This document shows positions 51,282 to 63,241 of a stretch of 64,000 nucleotides of DNA, one piece after another. This stretch comes from Amphiscolops sp. MND2022. Lineage: Eukaryota. A program made the position numbers and the translations under genes. Position 1 is the first letter of the stretch; the number at the start of each line of letters is the position of its first letter. The notes under the pieces were generated by a model. The model did no database searches. It had not been told where the DNA came from and saw nothing but the letters and a program-made list of their open reading frames with translations. The stretch is from assembly GCA_964187785.1 (NCBI GenBank), contig OZ076409.1, positions 85,314,001-85,378,000 on the forward strand. The letters run 5' to 3'.

Positions 51282-53745
51282 GAGAAAATTAGAGTTTCTT
51301 TCCAAGAACGTTGAATGGAAATCTAGCAGGAGCATTCTAACTCGGGAATTTCGTTTCCCAATTAGGTTACTTTTCTTCTGTTTTTGGCCGTGCCATCACC
51401 ATGTGATTGGTGATTTTTCCTCGCCATACGACCGACGTAAACTAAAAGTTAGGCTTTTGTGGTGCTGATATGGATAACTGTGAGCAATCTGACAACCAAG
51501 TTTATTTGAAATGTTTGTTACTTCGGTTCCTGGCTTCCCAACATGATGTAGTTCAAATGGAGTTTTCAATAAACCAGAGTGATCGCAAGATTCTCAGTGC
51601 CGAGTTCAAACTTTCGACTAAATCGTTTCCATCCTCCATTTTTGCTCTAATCGGATTTTGCATTGATTGTATCGCATTCTACCGTTCCGCTTAACAGTGT
51701 GCATTTAGGGGCCAGTACTCATTTTCTACGTGTCCGTTGTTGCAATCCGTTGATATTTTTTCGAAACGAATGCCATCCTCTATCGGACTTCACCTTTTCT
51801 GGAATTTCGTATAAATTAAAGTTATTTGTTGAAAAACTTATAGCTGCTTTAGTTTCTGACTTTTTGCAAATGTTCGCAGTGCCTTCTGCTAAACCGATCG
51901 ATCTCTATCAAAGATTGACCCTCCCCCTTTTCCTTTTTAGTATGTTACTTTCCGGTGAAATCTTTTTGTATCTCTCACCTCAAATTAGGTAGGCTTTCAA
52001 CTTTTCTGTGTTTAGTATTTAGAGTTTGGTAATCAAGGTTTTTACGTATGGCGAAGCATGCCGTACAATTGTTAACTTTTTGTTCAAGGCCCTTAGACAT
52101 TTCTCGCGACCAGAAAATCTTGGCTTCGACTCTCATGTTTGTTTTTCCGGATTGACCTAATATAAATTGTTCAGCAACTATTTTCGCAGGTCGACCGGGA
52201 TAGCAATCAGAATGTCCATAGAAATCAAACTACCTTGGATAGAGAGTTTTTCGAACACCGATTTGTAGCTCTCCGTTGTAGTTTTTCTTTCTTCGTTGCT
52301 CATGCTTGCACGAAACCTTTTCATTTCCAGGTATGTCGCAATCTTTGAAATACGTATTACCAAGTCTAAGATAAAGTCGATCTCAGCTTTCTTTATGTTT
52401 TCTACGGTCATCCTAATATTGCCAGACTGCATTCCCACTATACAGTTGATCTGTATAAAAGGGCGTCGTATTCTGGCGTGTCAGCTCGAAATCGATTTGT
52501 TAGCGGATTTTCTTATTTGGTGTTTCTCTCCTTTGCACCAGTTTTCTCGATTCCAGGTTTTTGTTTTGTCTACGGCTAATTACCATAATTTCACGGATGA
52601 CCCCGAAGAAGTTTGCGCCATTTATTTCGATGAATTTTTTAGTTGAAAACTTTCACTTCGCGATGCCGATTCCGGACTGCCCTGGTGCCAATGTTTCACT
52701 CGCTTGAATCTTGTCCACGCGTCGATTGTTCTGGAATGTTCCATTTTAAAGTGAATGGGCTTTTCTGAGCTCAGTTTTAATTTCGAACGGAATAGTTCGA
52801 TTAGTAACTGTTTCAGTTGTGGTCTTTAATTTAAATTCATGCTGTTTGATTGTATGATAGTGAAACTTATTTCTCGTTCAATTCAGCCTGTTCGGTTAAT
52901 ACGGTAGTTACTCATTCTTAGTCGTACTTGTCCGACGGAACAGTTCCCCTGCTGGACCTCTACTGTGGAATTTGGTGAATTTGCGGTTACTGTCAGCGAT
53001 TTGTTGAACTGCTATATCGAAGTGTGCTAGGCAATCTAACCATCGTCTAACCATCACCAGCGCTAAAGCTTGATGATCTTTGTGCAAATGCGCTTTTTTC
53101 CTATAACTGGAATCGGAATTGTCTCTGTCCCCGCACTGGTAGTTTGAGTTTTCCGATTAAATAGTTTTGTTCCGTATCCTTTGAAAATCTACTTCCGTAT
53201 GCGACCGGTTTGATGTCTCCAATGTCTTTTTGTCATAGCGTAATTACTAAGTAAACTTTTGATGACTTCCGTAATAACCATGTTATCTTTATCTTTAGCA
53301 TAAATTGTTTTTTGGGCCATCGTCTGTGTTATTTCGATCGATGTCTTTTCATCGACTATTTTTCTTTTCCTGTGGTTTTTTTTCAGTAGTTTTTTTTCGG
53401 TCTTTTCCAAAGGTTTCGCTAAACTTTTAGCAGGTATTGTATCGCTCCTAGAAACAATTTCAATCTTTTTGTATTTAGTTTCCGGTGATTTTATCTTCAT
53501 GATCGCTTCAATTTTTCGTTCATGCAATTTGATTCCCTTTTCTTCCATTTAGTGTCCCAGTTCTTTGGTTTTATTTTCAGGAGAAGAAGTCCGTCTTTCT
53601 GTTGCTCGCCCTGTATTCGGTTTTTCCTAATTTGGACAGTAAGTCAATTCGGATAGTAGGGTCCTATCGCGCTCTGGTTTACCGCCGCGTGTTGTACTAT
53701 GATGTCCAATTCTTGAAATATTGCGAGTATGTCGGCTGTTTGATT
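51282..53745 (-). pseudogene. Heavily decayed Ty3/Gypsy pol fragment
   Basis: Minus strand: GIKLHERKIEAIMKIKSP...LKLFLGAIQY (end of RT), KDKDNMVITE (start of RNase H), NCTACFAIRKNL (integrase zinc finger). Confidence 0.75.
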
Positions 53746-56742
53746 TAGGAAGTAAAAATTGAAAAAATTGACTGACTGTGCTATGCTGTTTTTCTATGGC
53801 TAAGGGTACGAATGACAGTTACTAAAAGAAAATATCACCTTTTGCGAGTACTGTAACAAAACTAAACCTTCACACAATTATACGTATAATGAGTTTCTAT
53901 CGCTTTAGTGAGTTTAGTGTTATCAACAGCACGGCAGTTACTGCCTGAACCGATGCTCGATAGAGGTCAATGATTGATGAACCTCATAACAGTGGTGATA
54001 TAGGAAATCAGCTTAGTCATACAATGTTCTCATAAGTCCCTTTTTGAAAATTGTTCCTTCTTTCTTCTTCTGCAATTTTTATCACAAAACCTGCACATAA
54101 AGTGTTCTCAAACATTTTGAGTGTGTGTTTGCGACTGATATTCTAAGATGAACTGAATTTTCAAATTCGTAAGCTGACACGCGCATCTCAACACCTGAGT
54201 TCCCTCGAAGCTCGATTGAATATGCAAGGAACACGAGATCCAAAAGCTAAGAAATTCAGGCAGTGAAATAAATTGCAAACGGAACATTTTTCATTTTAAT
54301 TAGACTTTTCCTGGGTATACAACTACTCTAATGGTTCCCCAAGGGAACGTAACATACCATTATTGCCCATAATTGCGTTATTGAACATAACCCTAAAGGC
54401 TCTTAGAGTGAAGAATGTCGTTCTCAATGCCTCGAAGATACTGTTAGCGATTGAATTGTTTTTTCAAGGTCTATTGATCTCCCAGTATCTTGAGTAGCCC
54501 ATGAGAATAGACTCATTGTCAAACCTTAAGAGCTGCGATACAAAGTTTAACATTCAAAAGTAGTCTATGAAATAATGATGTAAAATGCACAAAATCTGGC
54601 GAATTCCATTTACTGCAATTTTGGGAGATAATTTGGCACGTTGGTTTAACTGAGGTATCGATTGGTGTAAAAAAAATAATGCACTGATACCCACCGAGAT
54701 GGCAAAAAACGGAAATTCGAAGTTTGGATCAAACAATTGATTACCAGATGATTTGGCAAATGGCATACCTGATTATTCATTATGTGCTCCGTTATGTTGA
54801 CAAAAGCAGCAGATACCACCGAGGTGTGAAAAAAGCGCACGGAGCGAACTAGTTGTTGACAGGTGTCTTCGCCGTTCGCAAATAAAAAAGAATTCAAGCT
54901 TTCCGCAATTCGAAGCTACAGTAATAGAATCTAACAAGCATGGACTTTTTTCCCGTTATCTAGCACAATATTTCCATCTCTTGATCTGTTTTAAGCAAGT
55001 ATTTTATGAAGCTGATTTAAGAGCACTTTGGGAAAAAACTTAATTTTTGATTTTTGGCAACAAATGACAATTTCAGCTTCAACTTTCCAAGCTAGTTACG
55101 CGGTAATAGCATAATGCCTATCGCTTTTAGCAGTAACAGATAGGTACGGATCAAAATATATCACAGAAATAAGCTCTTGAAATGGGACGTTGAATAAAAA
55201 ATCTCTTTTGATAGATACGGTCCGTTTCGTACTTCAGTTCCTACTCCTTGAAACTTCTCTGTCTGTTATAAAAATCAAACGCACAGCGCTCGGCATTACT
55301 AGCCTAAGCGTTCTTTCCTTTCCATAAACAACGATCCCTACTATTTGAAACTGGAAAAAAAAAACAAAAAAAATTGAATCGCCTGACATGCATGTTTTCT
55401 TTTTCGCAATAGTAAATTTATTTTTTCACGTTCACTTGAGTTTATCAACTTGCACTGCTCAATATTGAAATCGCATTTCATGTATGAAACTGAATTAATT
55501 ATCAGGATAAGAATTCACGCGACTGTGAGAGAGTAACATTAACACTCGAACTGATCTTCACTAAAAAAAAAACAAAACGGCAGGTTTGTTTACAGATTTA
55601 TTGATACTGTTGATATGTATTTACAAATAGAAACGTATCATCCAAAAAAGAGCCGATGACCATTTGTCACATGGTCTAGATAACAATACAGTCTTGTCAG
55701 CAGAATAGTTTTACCATCTTCAATTCAGAGACTTAGCACAGCCTTAACAGTGACTCAATTCAAAGTATATTTCTTCCTTTTCAGAAAAGTGTCGTTTTTT
55801 TCTCTTCGATTGAGGCCAAAAACCTCAATTAGAAACGAATTATCCCAGCTTCAAGTTTTCGGAGCTGTGAATTTTTTCTGGAGTTTTTAATGATATTCCC
55901 CCGAAATATCTACAGGTATTATTTGAAAAAAATGAAGAAAACTCTCTTTTAAAAACATTTGAATTAGGATCAATGTCACGACAATAAGCATTCCGATTCC
56001 TCCATTTCAATTTGCATTGATTTTTGGTGCATAGAATTTTCAGATTTCTAGTCTGCCTTTGGCAGTTAAATTTGGATTTCAAAGAAGAAGAAGGTGAAAG
56101 TTAATTTTCCCAATTCTGCGGGGTGGATCCCGAGTAAGTAGACCTTTTTTTCCAAGTCGGTGCCCTTTCGAATACCATCTCCCCATAGCAAGCTATGGTA
56201 CCTTATTTGTCGCCAATTTGTCAAGCAATGGTCTGCTTGAAACTGTGGTTTCAAAATAACTTGCTCAAGGTCACAAAGTTCTGACTGCACTTTTATTTTG
56301 CTTTCGCCCGCCGCGTGAAGTATCATTTATATTTTTGTCATTGACCGTACCACTAAATGCTGAGAACTGATCAATTCTTACTCGACTAAACAAGATCTTA
56401 TCAAGACTTTCAAGAGTAAACAGGAATATGTAAGAATATGCAAGATCTTGGCAAGAGTTTCAAGAGTTTTTACATTGGGCTAACAATCAGGTGCCAATTA
56501 GGTGCAAATGATTAGATTACCTTTTGGCTTCCAGTTTTTCATCAGAAAAGCGCTTTTTATAACTTTTAGCTTTTACTGCAATTTTTAACGCAAATTTTTA
56601 TTGCCAGTTTTAATTATGTGTTAGTCAATAAAAACTATTCTATTCAATTTTCTGAGTTTCGTTCATGATTTGCAAAATTTGCAAGTTTGGTTGTATAAAA
56701 GGTTGAAATTTTTCAACTTTGACCGTGTGAAATGCATGTTTA

Positions 56743-56851
56743 CCCAGGTTGTCACGCCATCCGTGATTTTCCATGAAAGTAGAAGTAATGCGTCGAACAA
56801 TCCATGATCATGGATGATTTTCCATGAACGAGCCATGACAGACAACCTGGG
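56743..56851. mobile_element. 109-bp MITE with TA TSD (Tc1/mariner-type signature)
   Basis: TA|CCCAGGTTGTC...GACAACCTGGG|TA. Confidence 0.75.
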
Positions 56852-56995
56852 TATAATCCATTGAAATCTCCAAATTGTAAATATGTTGACGTGGAAAATT
56901 ACTGTACTTGCGATGAGTTTTGTTTGCTGTAGCATTTTCAGCGACTGGTTTTTCAACGGAATGAAATGCCCTGTTTGTGATTTCATTTTTTGCTG

Positions 56996-57373
56996 AATTG
57001 TTTCCGATGAGTTGTTTTTGACGAGTTGTTTCCGACGAGTTGTTTTTGACGAGTTGTTTCCGACGAGTTGTTTTTGACGAGTTGTTTCCGACGAGTGTCC
57101 GTATATTCACTTTCGAAAATACTTCACTCCACTTTTCTCAATTCTTGAAACGCATGTGTTATAATGCAGTTGAAGAATCCACATAAGACTACAACAGATT
57201 TGTTGCAGTCACTGTTTTTGCCCGATTGGCGTCGTAATGGTCGTTTTTGACGAGTTGTTTTTGACGAGTTGTTTCCGACGAGTTGTTTTTGACGAGTTGT
57301 TTCCGACGAGTTGTTTTTGACGAGTTGTTTTTGACGAGTTGTTTCCGACGAGTGTCCGTATATTCACTTTCGA
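56996..57373. repeat. Two arrays of 14-bp alternating repeats (gacgagttgtttcc / gacgagttgttttt)
   Basis: Arrays at ~56996-57095 and ~57244-57353, each followed by gtgtccgtatattcactttcga. Confidence 0.9.
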
Positions 57374-58308
57374 TACTGTCGGGGATCAAACCATGATATG
57401 GATCCGGGTGCATCAAGGTGTACAACTAACTAATAAAACATCTAAACTTTGTTCTATTTTTTTGTTATTGTTTTGGTGTTTTAGAGTGGTTTCTCAAATG
57501 TTGCAGTATCATTTATAGTTTCTAACTATTTTGTGATGATTCCCAGTATACATTTTAACGCCTTATAAAGCATGGCACCAAGCTATTGCATGAATAAAGA
57601 ATCCATGATTCGCAGTTCAGAAAAGTGCAAACGAATACTAAGATTTGTTTCAGTATGTTTCCGGCAACAAAACAGAAATGGAATTAGGAACTTATAAGCA
57701 CATACTGATTTGAATATCCTCGATCTTCTGTCCTGTGAAACTCGCTTTTTTAGTTCCGAGAAAAATCACTGGGATGTCTTGCTCGACTTAGGTTTTCTGT
57801 TACCATGACGAAGTGCCCATCGGGTTTCGGATGTTCATGCTACCAATTCATTTGTCCCTCTCTAGAAAAGATACTTCTTCCGGAAAGCAGTTGAATCTTT
57901 AATCCATCTGTAATCAACTTTCATAACACTAGGGTACCAAAAATCTAAAGACAACTCAATTTCGCTAACGAGAAACTTTAAACCGCAATAATTCCTACAT
58001 AATTATTTGACACAAACGTCCCAGGAGGAAAACATTCTAGAATTTCAATTAGCTTGGCAACAGTAGTTTTGGTTTCGAAATAAAAACAAAAATACCAAAC
58101 TCACAACACTAAGCTTACTTTTGAAAATTGGCCCTTTCCGAGTTTTATGGTGCAACATCTCGAATAACAGTGTTCGTAACAAAAAATGTCAGCCCGGGTT
58201 TCTCGACCAGGCCGATCATAATCTGATCATTTTATGGCACCATACAAATCATAAAAATTCCCTTACTTTCTTTACTATGATCTAGCCGTGATCGGCTTGG
58301 AACCATAG

Positions 58309-58407
58309 ATGGTCCAGAGTATGGACAGCCTGAAAACAAAAATGGTCCAGAGTATGGACAGCCTGAAATCATAAATAGTCCAGAGTATTGACAACCTGAA
58401 ATCATAA
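58309..58407. repeat. 3 x 33-bp minisatellite
   Basis: at(g/a)gtccagagtat(g/t)gaca(g/a)cctgaaa(a/t)ca(a/t)aa repeated three times. Confidence 0.9.
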
Positions 58408-58635
58408 AAACCTAAAAGTTCAATTATAATCAGATAAATGTCGGACATGGCAACCACTTATGCACAAAGTGCACAGAAATTTGTTGCCGAGGTCCTTATG
58501 TACATAGTATCGCACTTGACGAGACCCACGACAAGAACGGGGCCTCCTTCGGGTCTCAAAAAAATTAACGCACATACGCTCCAGGGGTTTGGTACTGCAG
58601 TGAAATCTTAAATCGAATTTAGAGAAGTTTACCAG

Positions 58636-60829
58636 TGTCGCAGGCTGCCTCCTGCAAATTAACCAATCACAGTGCAGTATAGCTAGTATTAGTATTATCT
58701 CTCAGCAATACATTATTTGGCCGGTTATGGCCGCTTGCCTTAATCTAACCACTATGCTCGCGGACGCTGGTCCAATGGCCGGTTCCGGCCTATTTAGCTT
58801 TCATCAAGTAATCTGTGCTATTTAATCAGTAGTGCTGTGTATTTTCTTGGAAAGTACTTGAAGCTGTCTTAATACGTCAGATGCAATGATAAAAGGTGTT
58901 AGAAGAAGCATTGCTAATTGTTTTAATTATAGTTGCTATTGATAAAATCCCGTAACAGATACGTCACTTGAGCACGCGGCCTTGTCCAATCAAATTACTC
59001 CATTTGCTACGCAGTTAATATTTCCATTCATTAATGGCCGAATAAGGCCTGTGGACATAACTTCGCTACTTTTAATAAATATCCAGTCAGACGGCCGGTT
59101 CCGGCCATTTCACATAAAGCGCAATTGTGATGCTAATTATTCTCATACTTAACCAGGATTCATGTGCTTGTACTCTTAGGCTGAATAACCCCTCTAGTGC
59201 AGTATTAACTAACTACACCCCAGTCTTAGCTCTTTCAGACGGTTAAGGCCGTTTGACCAGTATTTTAATAATGTTCACTTAATACGGGGGAATTAGCCTA
59301 TTCAGGCCAGATTGTGTAAAAGCGCTGTACACGTTTTTAATTGATTGGCCGTATATGGCCACTTGACGTTATATTAGATTGGTAATGCAGGACAAAAGGC
59401 AAATGGCCGGTTTAGGCCATTTTGCTTATTATTATTAGAGATGCTTTTAAGCATGAATGAGTTTGTTTTACAGTCATGTAAGATTATATTTATATACTTG
59501 AAGATGTTAATGAGCTTTTTAAATCCAATTAGTGCAATAATAACGACCAGTAGTAGCAATCCCGAATACCCGTCACCTGTCCTATTCCGGCCTTCACTAT
59601 TGGCCAGCTCCCAAGTCCAATGGCCGTATTAGGCCATATTGCTATATTATGTTCATTTCTATTGCATGAAACTGTGTCTTTGTTTTGTTGATTCTACGCA
59701 CGTGTGTAGGCACGTGCCGCTAAATAGTTTACATTCCTCTCACTGTAAACAATTTGAAAGTATTAGTTTTGATGTTTGGTCAAAGTGTTGTTTGCCTAAT
59801 ATAATAAGGCTAAATTCCTCCGCTCCCCTTTGATGATAGTATTTGCAGTTAGAAAATGCATTTGAGTGCATTCCATATTTTATGTAAACTTTAATTGATT
59901 TTGCTGCGAATGAATTAGGTATGAATTCCCTTTGGCCCTAACGGGACAAATTCCTAAGTGCTTTGATGCAGTTGACGCCGCTAAAAATGAATGAATGTTA
60001 GTGGTCACCCGCCATGGTCATGTGCCCTTTATGGAATTTGTAAATAGATTGTCATGCAAGGAATGTGAGTGTCACCCTCTCAGGGGTATATATATTAGTA
60101 TTTTTCATGAGAGGGACACAATTGTATTTTGCTTCTCCAAGTTTAGTTTGATATACCTGTTTACGATACAACGTACAAAATCCTATTTTCCGAATAAAAC
60201 CTAATTCACTGTTTTACCTCGGACTTTCTTTCTAATGCCTACAACAAGAAAGCAGAAGAAAACCAGAAAATCTAGAGGAGTTGAGATAATTTCGGACATT
60301 GAAAATGTAGATATGATGCTCGGAGAAAACCATTTCAGTAGAAATGAGAGAGATGAAAGCCTCAGTAGTAATCAAACCAGAAGACCTGAAAGTACTTTTG
60401 GTGATCAATTTGAAAATAATGATGAAAACAGGTACTTAAATTCAAGAAATGACGGACTTAGTCCAAATGCCGATTACGGCCAAAACTCTGCTGGAGGTAA
60501 TTCTAGTGCTGAGATAAATAGACTGTCGAGTGAATTGAATTCCCGAATATCTAGAGAGATGGACGAGATGATGAATAGTGTCAGTGTTCAGATACAGAGA
60601 GCCATAAATGATGCAATTAGCAATCAGGTTTTACCCCAGATTCAAAATGCCATTGTGGCCGGATCGGGACATTTGACCAGAGAAAGATGGAACGTTCCGG
60701 CCGAGAGACCGGAAGGATATTCCGAAGTTCTGCGAAACTCAGATTCCAGAGATAACTCGAGAAGTAAGCCATTTATGGACTGTCAGAAAGACGGTCCAAC
60801 TACATCCACAAACGCGCGTGCTTACGACA
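58636..60829 (+). mobile_element. 5' LTR (2194 bp) of a Ty3/Gypsy-like retrotransposon
   Basis: TGTCGCAGGCTGCC...CTTACGACA: the same termini as the TSD-flanked solo LTR at 36385-38675; immediately followed by a TGG-starting PBS. Confidence 0.85.
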
Positions 60830-61953
60830 TGGTGACAGGAGAAAACGAATCTCCAACTGATATTCCTGAGTTTCTCACGGGACGAATGCCATCAAGAAGT
60901 AATCTCAACCGATCCCATGATGACCTCAATCCCCTGCTCGACACGACGATCCCAGCACAAGAAAGGACCGTTCCGGCCCCGGAACAAGACCATATCAACA
61001 GGCTAGCTGATGTCTTGACCAGTATGCAGAACCGTCCAACAGCCCAACAACCCACTATCCGCCAGGTCAACTCAAACACTATGACTTTTGACGGCAAAAG
61101 CAAGAAGTTCGGGCTGTTCGTATATCTATTCCACACGATGATCAAGTTGATGTCCGAGCAGATGAAAATTAATCATTTTCATTCGGTTTTGAGCAAAAAC
61201 GCTCTGCAAACATTCCGAAACATTAGCACAGCTAACAGACAAACTCTCGAGGACGTATTAGTCATCTTCAGACGGAAATACGTCAAACCCGAATCTCAAG
61301 CAACTGCCAAACATAAATGGCACCGTCTGGTATTTGATCCAAATACGACAAAACTACCGGATTTTTTTGAAGAGCTGAATCAAGGCGCAGAAAAAGCATT
61401 CGGAGACCATGCCCAAAAGATTATTGACAGTCTCCTATACGCAAAACTGCCGCCCAAGCAAAAAAGATCAGTAAATATGGCCAGATTAGAGAACGGCTCC
61501 TATGACGAAATTGTCGCTCATCTTGAGAGAGAATTAGAGCTAAACGCCCTTGAAGAATCTGATGACCTACCAATGGCATCAATGACGTCTTCAGCCACAA
61601 AAACAAAAACTGTTCCATCAAACGTCCAAATGAGTGACATTACCTGCAACTATTGCAAAGAAAAGGGCCACATGGTCAAAGACTGTGAAAAGCGCAAAAA
61701 GAAGAAGGAGAAAGATGCCCAACAAGGCAAGCCCACACAGATAAAGGTTTATCCTAAATGTGGGACATGTGGCAAGACAAACCACCCTGAGGAGAGATGC
61801 TGGCAAGGTGCTGGTGCGCATCTCAAGCCCAAACGCACCAGGCCAGAGGACTCGTCGGACAGCGATCCTGACCCCAAATCCTCAAAACCCCATCACAAGC
61901 CAACATCATCCAATTCCCAATCCTCATCAAGCAAAGATGAGTCAAAAAACTAG
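60235..61953 (+). CDS. gag: Gag-like protein (572 aa) with two C-terminal zinc knuckles
   Basis: Intact ORF; capsid-like core (FDGKSKKF...FRRKYVKPESQATAKHKW); CNYCKEKGHMVKDC and CGTCGKTNHPEERC. Confidence 0.9.
   Translation: MPTTRKQKKTRKSRGVEIISDIENVDMMLGENHFSRNERDESLSSNQTRRPESTFGDQFENNDENRYLNSRNDGLSPNADYGQNSAGGNSSAEINRLSSELNSRISREMDEMMNSVSVQIQRAINDAISNQVLPQIQNAIVAGSGHLTRERWNVPAERPEGYSEVLRNSDSRDNSRSKPFMDCQKDGPTTSTNARAYDMVTGENESPTDIPEFLTGRMPSRSNLNRSHDDLNPLLDTTIPAQERTVPAPEQDHINRLADVLTSMQNRPTAQQPTIRQVNSNTMTFDGKSKKFGLFVYLFHTMIKLMSEQMKINHFHSVLSKNALQTFRNISTANRQTLEDVLVIFRRKYVKPESQATAKHKWHRLVFDPNTTKLPDFFEELNQGAEKAFGDHAQKIIDSLLYAKLPPKQKRSVNMARLENGSYDEIVAHLERELELNALEESDDLPMASMTSSATKTKTVPSNVQMSDITCNYCKEKGHMVKDCEKRKKKKEKDAQQGKPTQIKVYPKCGTCGKTNHPEERCWQGAGAHLKPKRTRPEDSSDSDPDPKSSKPHHKPTSSNSQSSSSKDESKN
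60830..60841 (+). promoter_or_regulatory. Primer-binding site
   Basis: TGGTGACAGGAG directly after the LTR-terminal CA. It resembles a tRNA-Leu-type PBS (TGGTGTCAGGAG) with one mismatch; the tRNA identity is inferred. Confidence 0.7.
61944..61953 (+). promoter_or_regulatory. -1 ribosomal frameshift slippery site A AAA AAC followed by the gag stop
   Basis: TCA AAA AAC TAG; the -1 frame is open from 61950 to 63224. Confidence 0.8.
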
Positions 61954-63224
61954 CTTCGCCACCACTCCAATACAACCAACTAGTCTCTGTCTGTCAATAC
62001 ATCAAATCGGACCCTCAAACCAAAAACTTTCATAATTACCAACAACAATTGATGGGCTATCCTTCTGTTGTCTGGCAGCAGCAAATTGAAAAAGCTATCA
62101 TTATTACCTATAATAATACCCATTTGTTCCAGAAATCAATTCCTGTTTGGGATCCTGATTACACAACTACCTTTACTATCCGATTCAGGCCCATTCCCTT
62201 GGTAGACGACTACAACCCTACCTACATCGACCCAGATTGCGGACGAGATCCTTTCTGGGTCACAGAACTCTATAACCAGGGTTTGCTACAATTCCAGTAC
62301 GTCATCGACGACAATGACCATTACAACAAGACAGTCCACGAGAACCCTCCAATTACCCATAACAAGAAAACCAGAGCGCTAATTGGAAATTGGCAAATGA
62401 ATGATGGTACAAACCATCCGGTGTTTCCAAACCCCTTGGGAACCGAGAATATCGAAAACTGTGCAGAATCAATTCCACAATCGCTACTAGACGAGAGACA
62501 GTTCCTGAATGTACTCATTACCAAAAATGGTGAACCAGACTGTATACCCCTGTCAACCAACATTAACCTTAAAACTCAGATCTTGCATCGAATTCGCCTC
62601 AAAAAGTTTGTCCCCAATCAACCGCTTGAGGACAATTTCCGAGAAGAGCGATTACTGCCGGACGAAGAAATTGTCATTCCGCAGGACGATTTGTACACAA
62701 TTACGTGGGAAACAAACTTTGGTGAACGACTAGCTACACGAGGCAGCGAGCCTATTCCGGCTAGCTTGCCGAATGGCGAAAGACTGACTACGGCAAAAGC
62801 GAACGCAGATAACGCAAGCGAGAATGAAGCGGATTACATAATCACGACTGATTGTCCGAATGACGTCAACGATACAGAGCACAGTCGAGATAAACGACTG
62901 AAAAGTGACGTCAGCAATGCAAATGAAGGTAGTGAAGCTACTAGAAATGAAAACTCTGATTGGCCGGATTCGGCCGTTTACCACAAAAATCCAGAAAAAT
63001 CTTTGCCGGATCTGTCCGAAAGACAAGGAAACGATGCAAATTTTTCAGAACGAAACTCTGCTAATGATAGCGATGCACAAAAGTCTCCAAAAAGGGGGGA
63101 TGATATTATCGTGCCCGAAATATCGCAAAATGATGAAGGGAATGAAAATCTGAGTCCTAGAGGTGGAAGATATAATCTGAGACCTAATCATAATCCAAAC
63201 TACTCAGAAGACTTCAGATACTAG
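61950..63224 (+). CDS. Internally deleted pol-frame ORF: pre-protease region fused to integrase C-terminal tail
   Basis: Open -1 frame with no D(T/S)G, YxDD, RNase H or DDE motifs. Junction near 62573: ...CIPLSTNINLK|TQILHRIRLKKF...; ends GGRYNLRPNHNPNYSEDFRY. Confidence 0.75.
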   Translation, partial: LASPPLQYNQLVSVCQYIKSDPQTKNFHNYQQQLMGYPSVVWQQQIEKAIIITYNNTHLFQKSIPVWDPDYTTTFTIRFRPIPLVDDYNPTYIDPDCGRDPFWVTELYNQGLLQFQYVIDDNDHYNKTVHENPPITHNKKTRALIGNWQMNDGTNHPVFPNPLGTENIENCAESIPQSLLDERQFLNVLITKNGEPDCIPLSTNINLKTQILHRIRLKKFVPNQPLEDNFREERLLPDEEIVIPQDDLYTITWETNFGERLATRGSEPIPASLPNGERLTTAKANADNASENEADYIITTDCPNDVNDTEHSRDKRLKSDVSNANEGSEATRNENSDWPDSAVYHKNPEKSLPDLSERQGNDANFSERNSANDSDAQKSPKRGDDIIVPEISQNDEGNENLSPRGGRYNLRPNHNPNYSEDFRY

Positions 63225-63241
63225 GAAAAGATTAATATGCG

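Noticed and set aside
58309..58407. CRISPR-like repeat (also the 57-kb arrays)
   Set aside because: Contiguous tandem units without unique spacers, in a eukaryotic context with no cas genes.
50772..58635. Search for GPCR TM6/TM7 exons
   Set aside because: No CWxP or NPxxY-like coding segment with splice sites and high GC3 was found.
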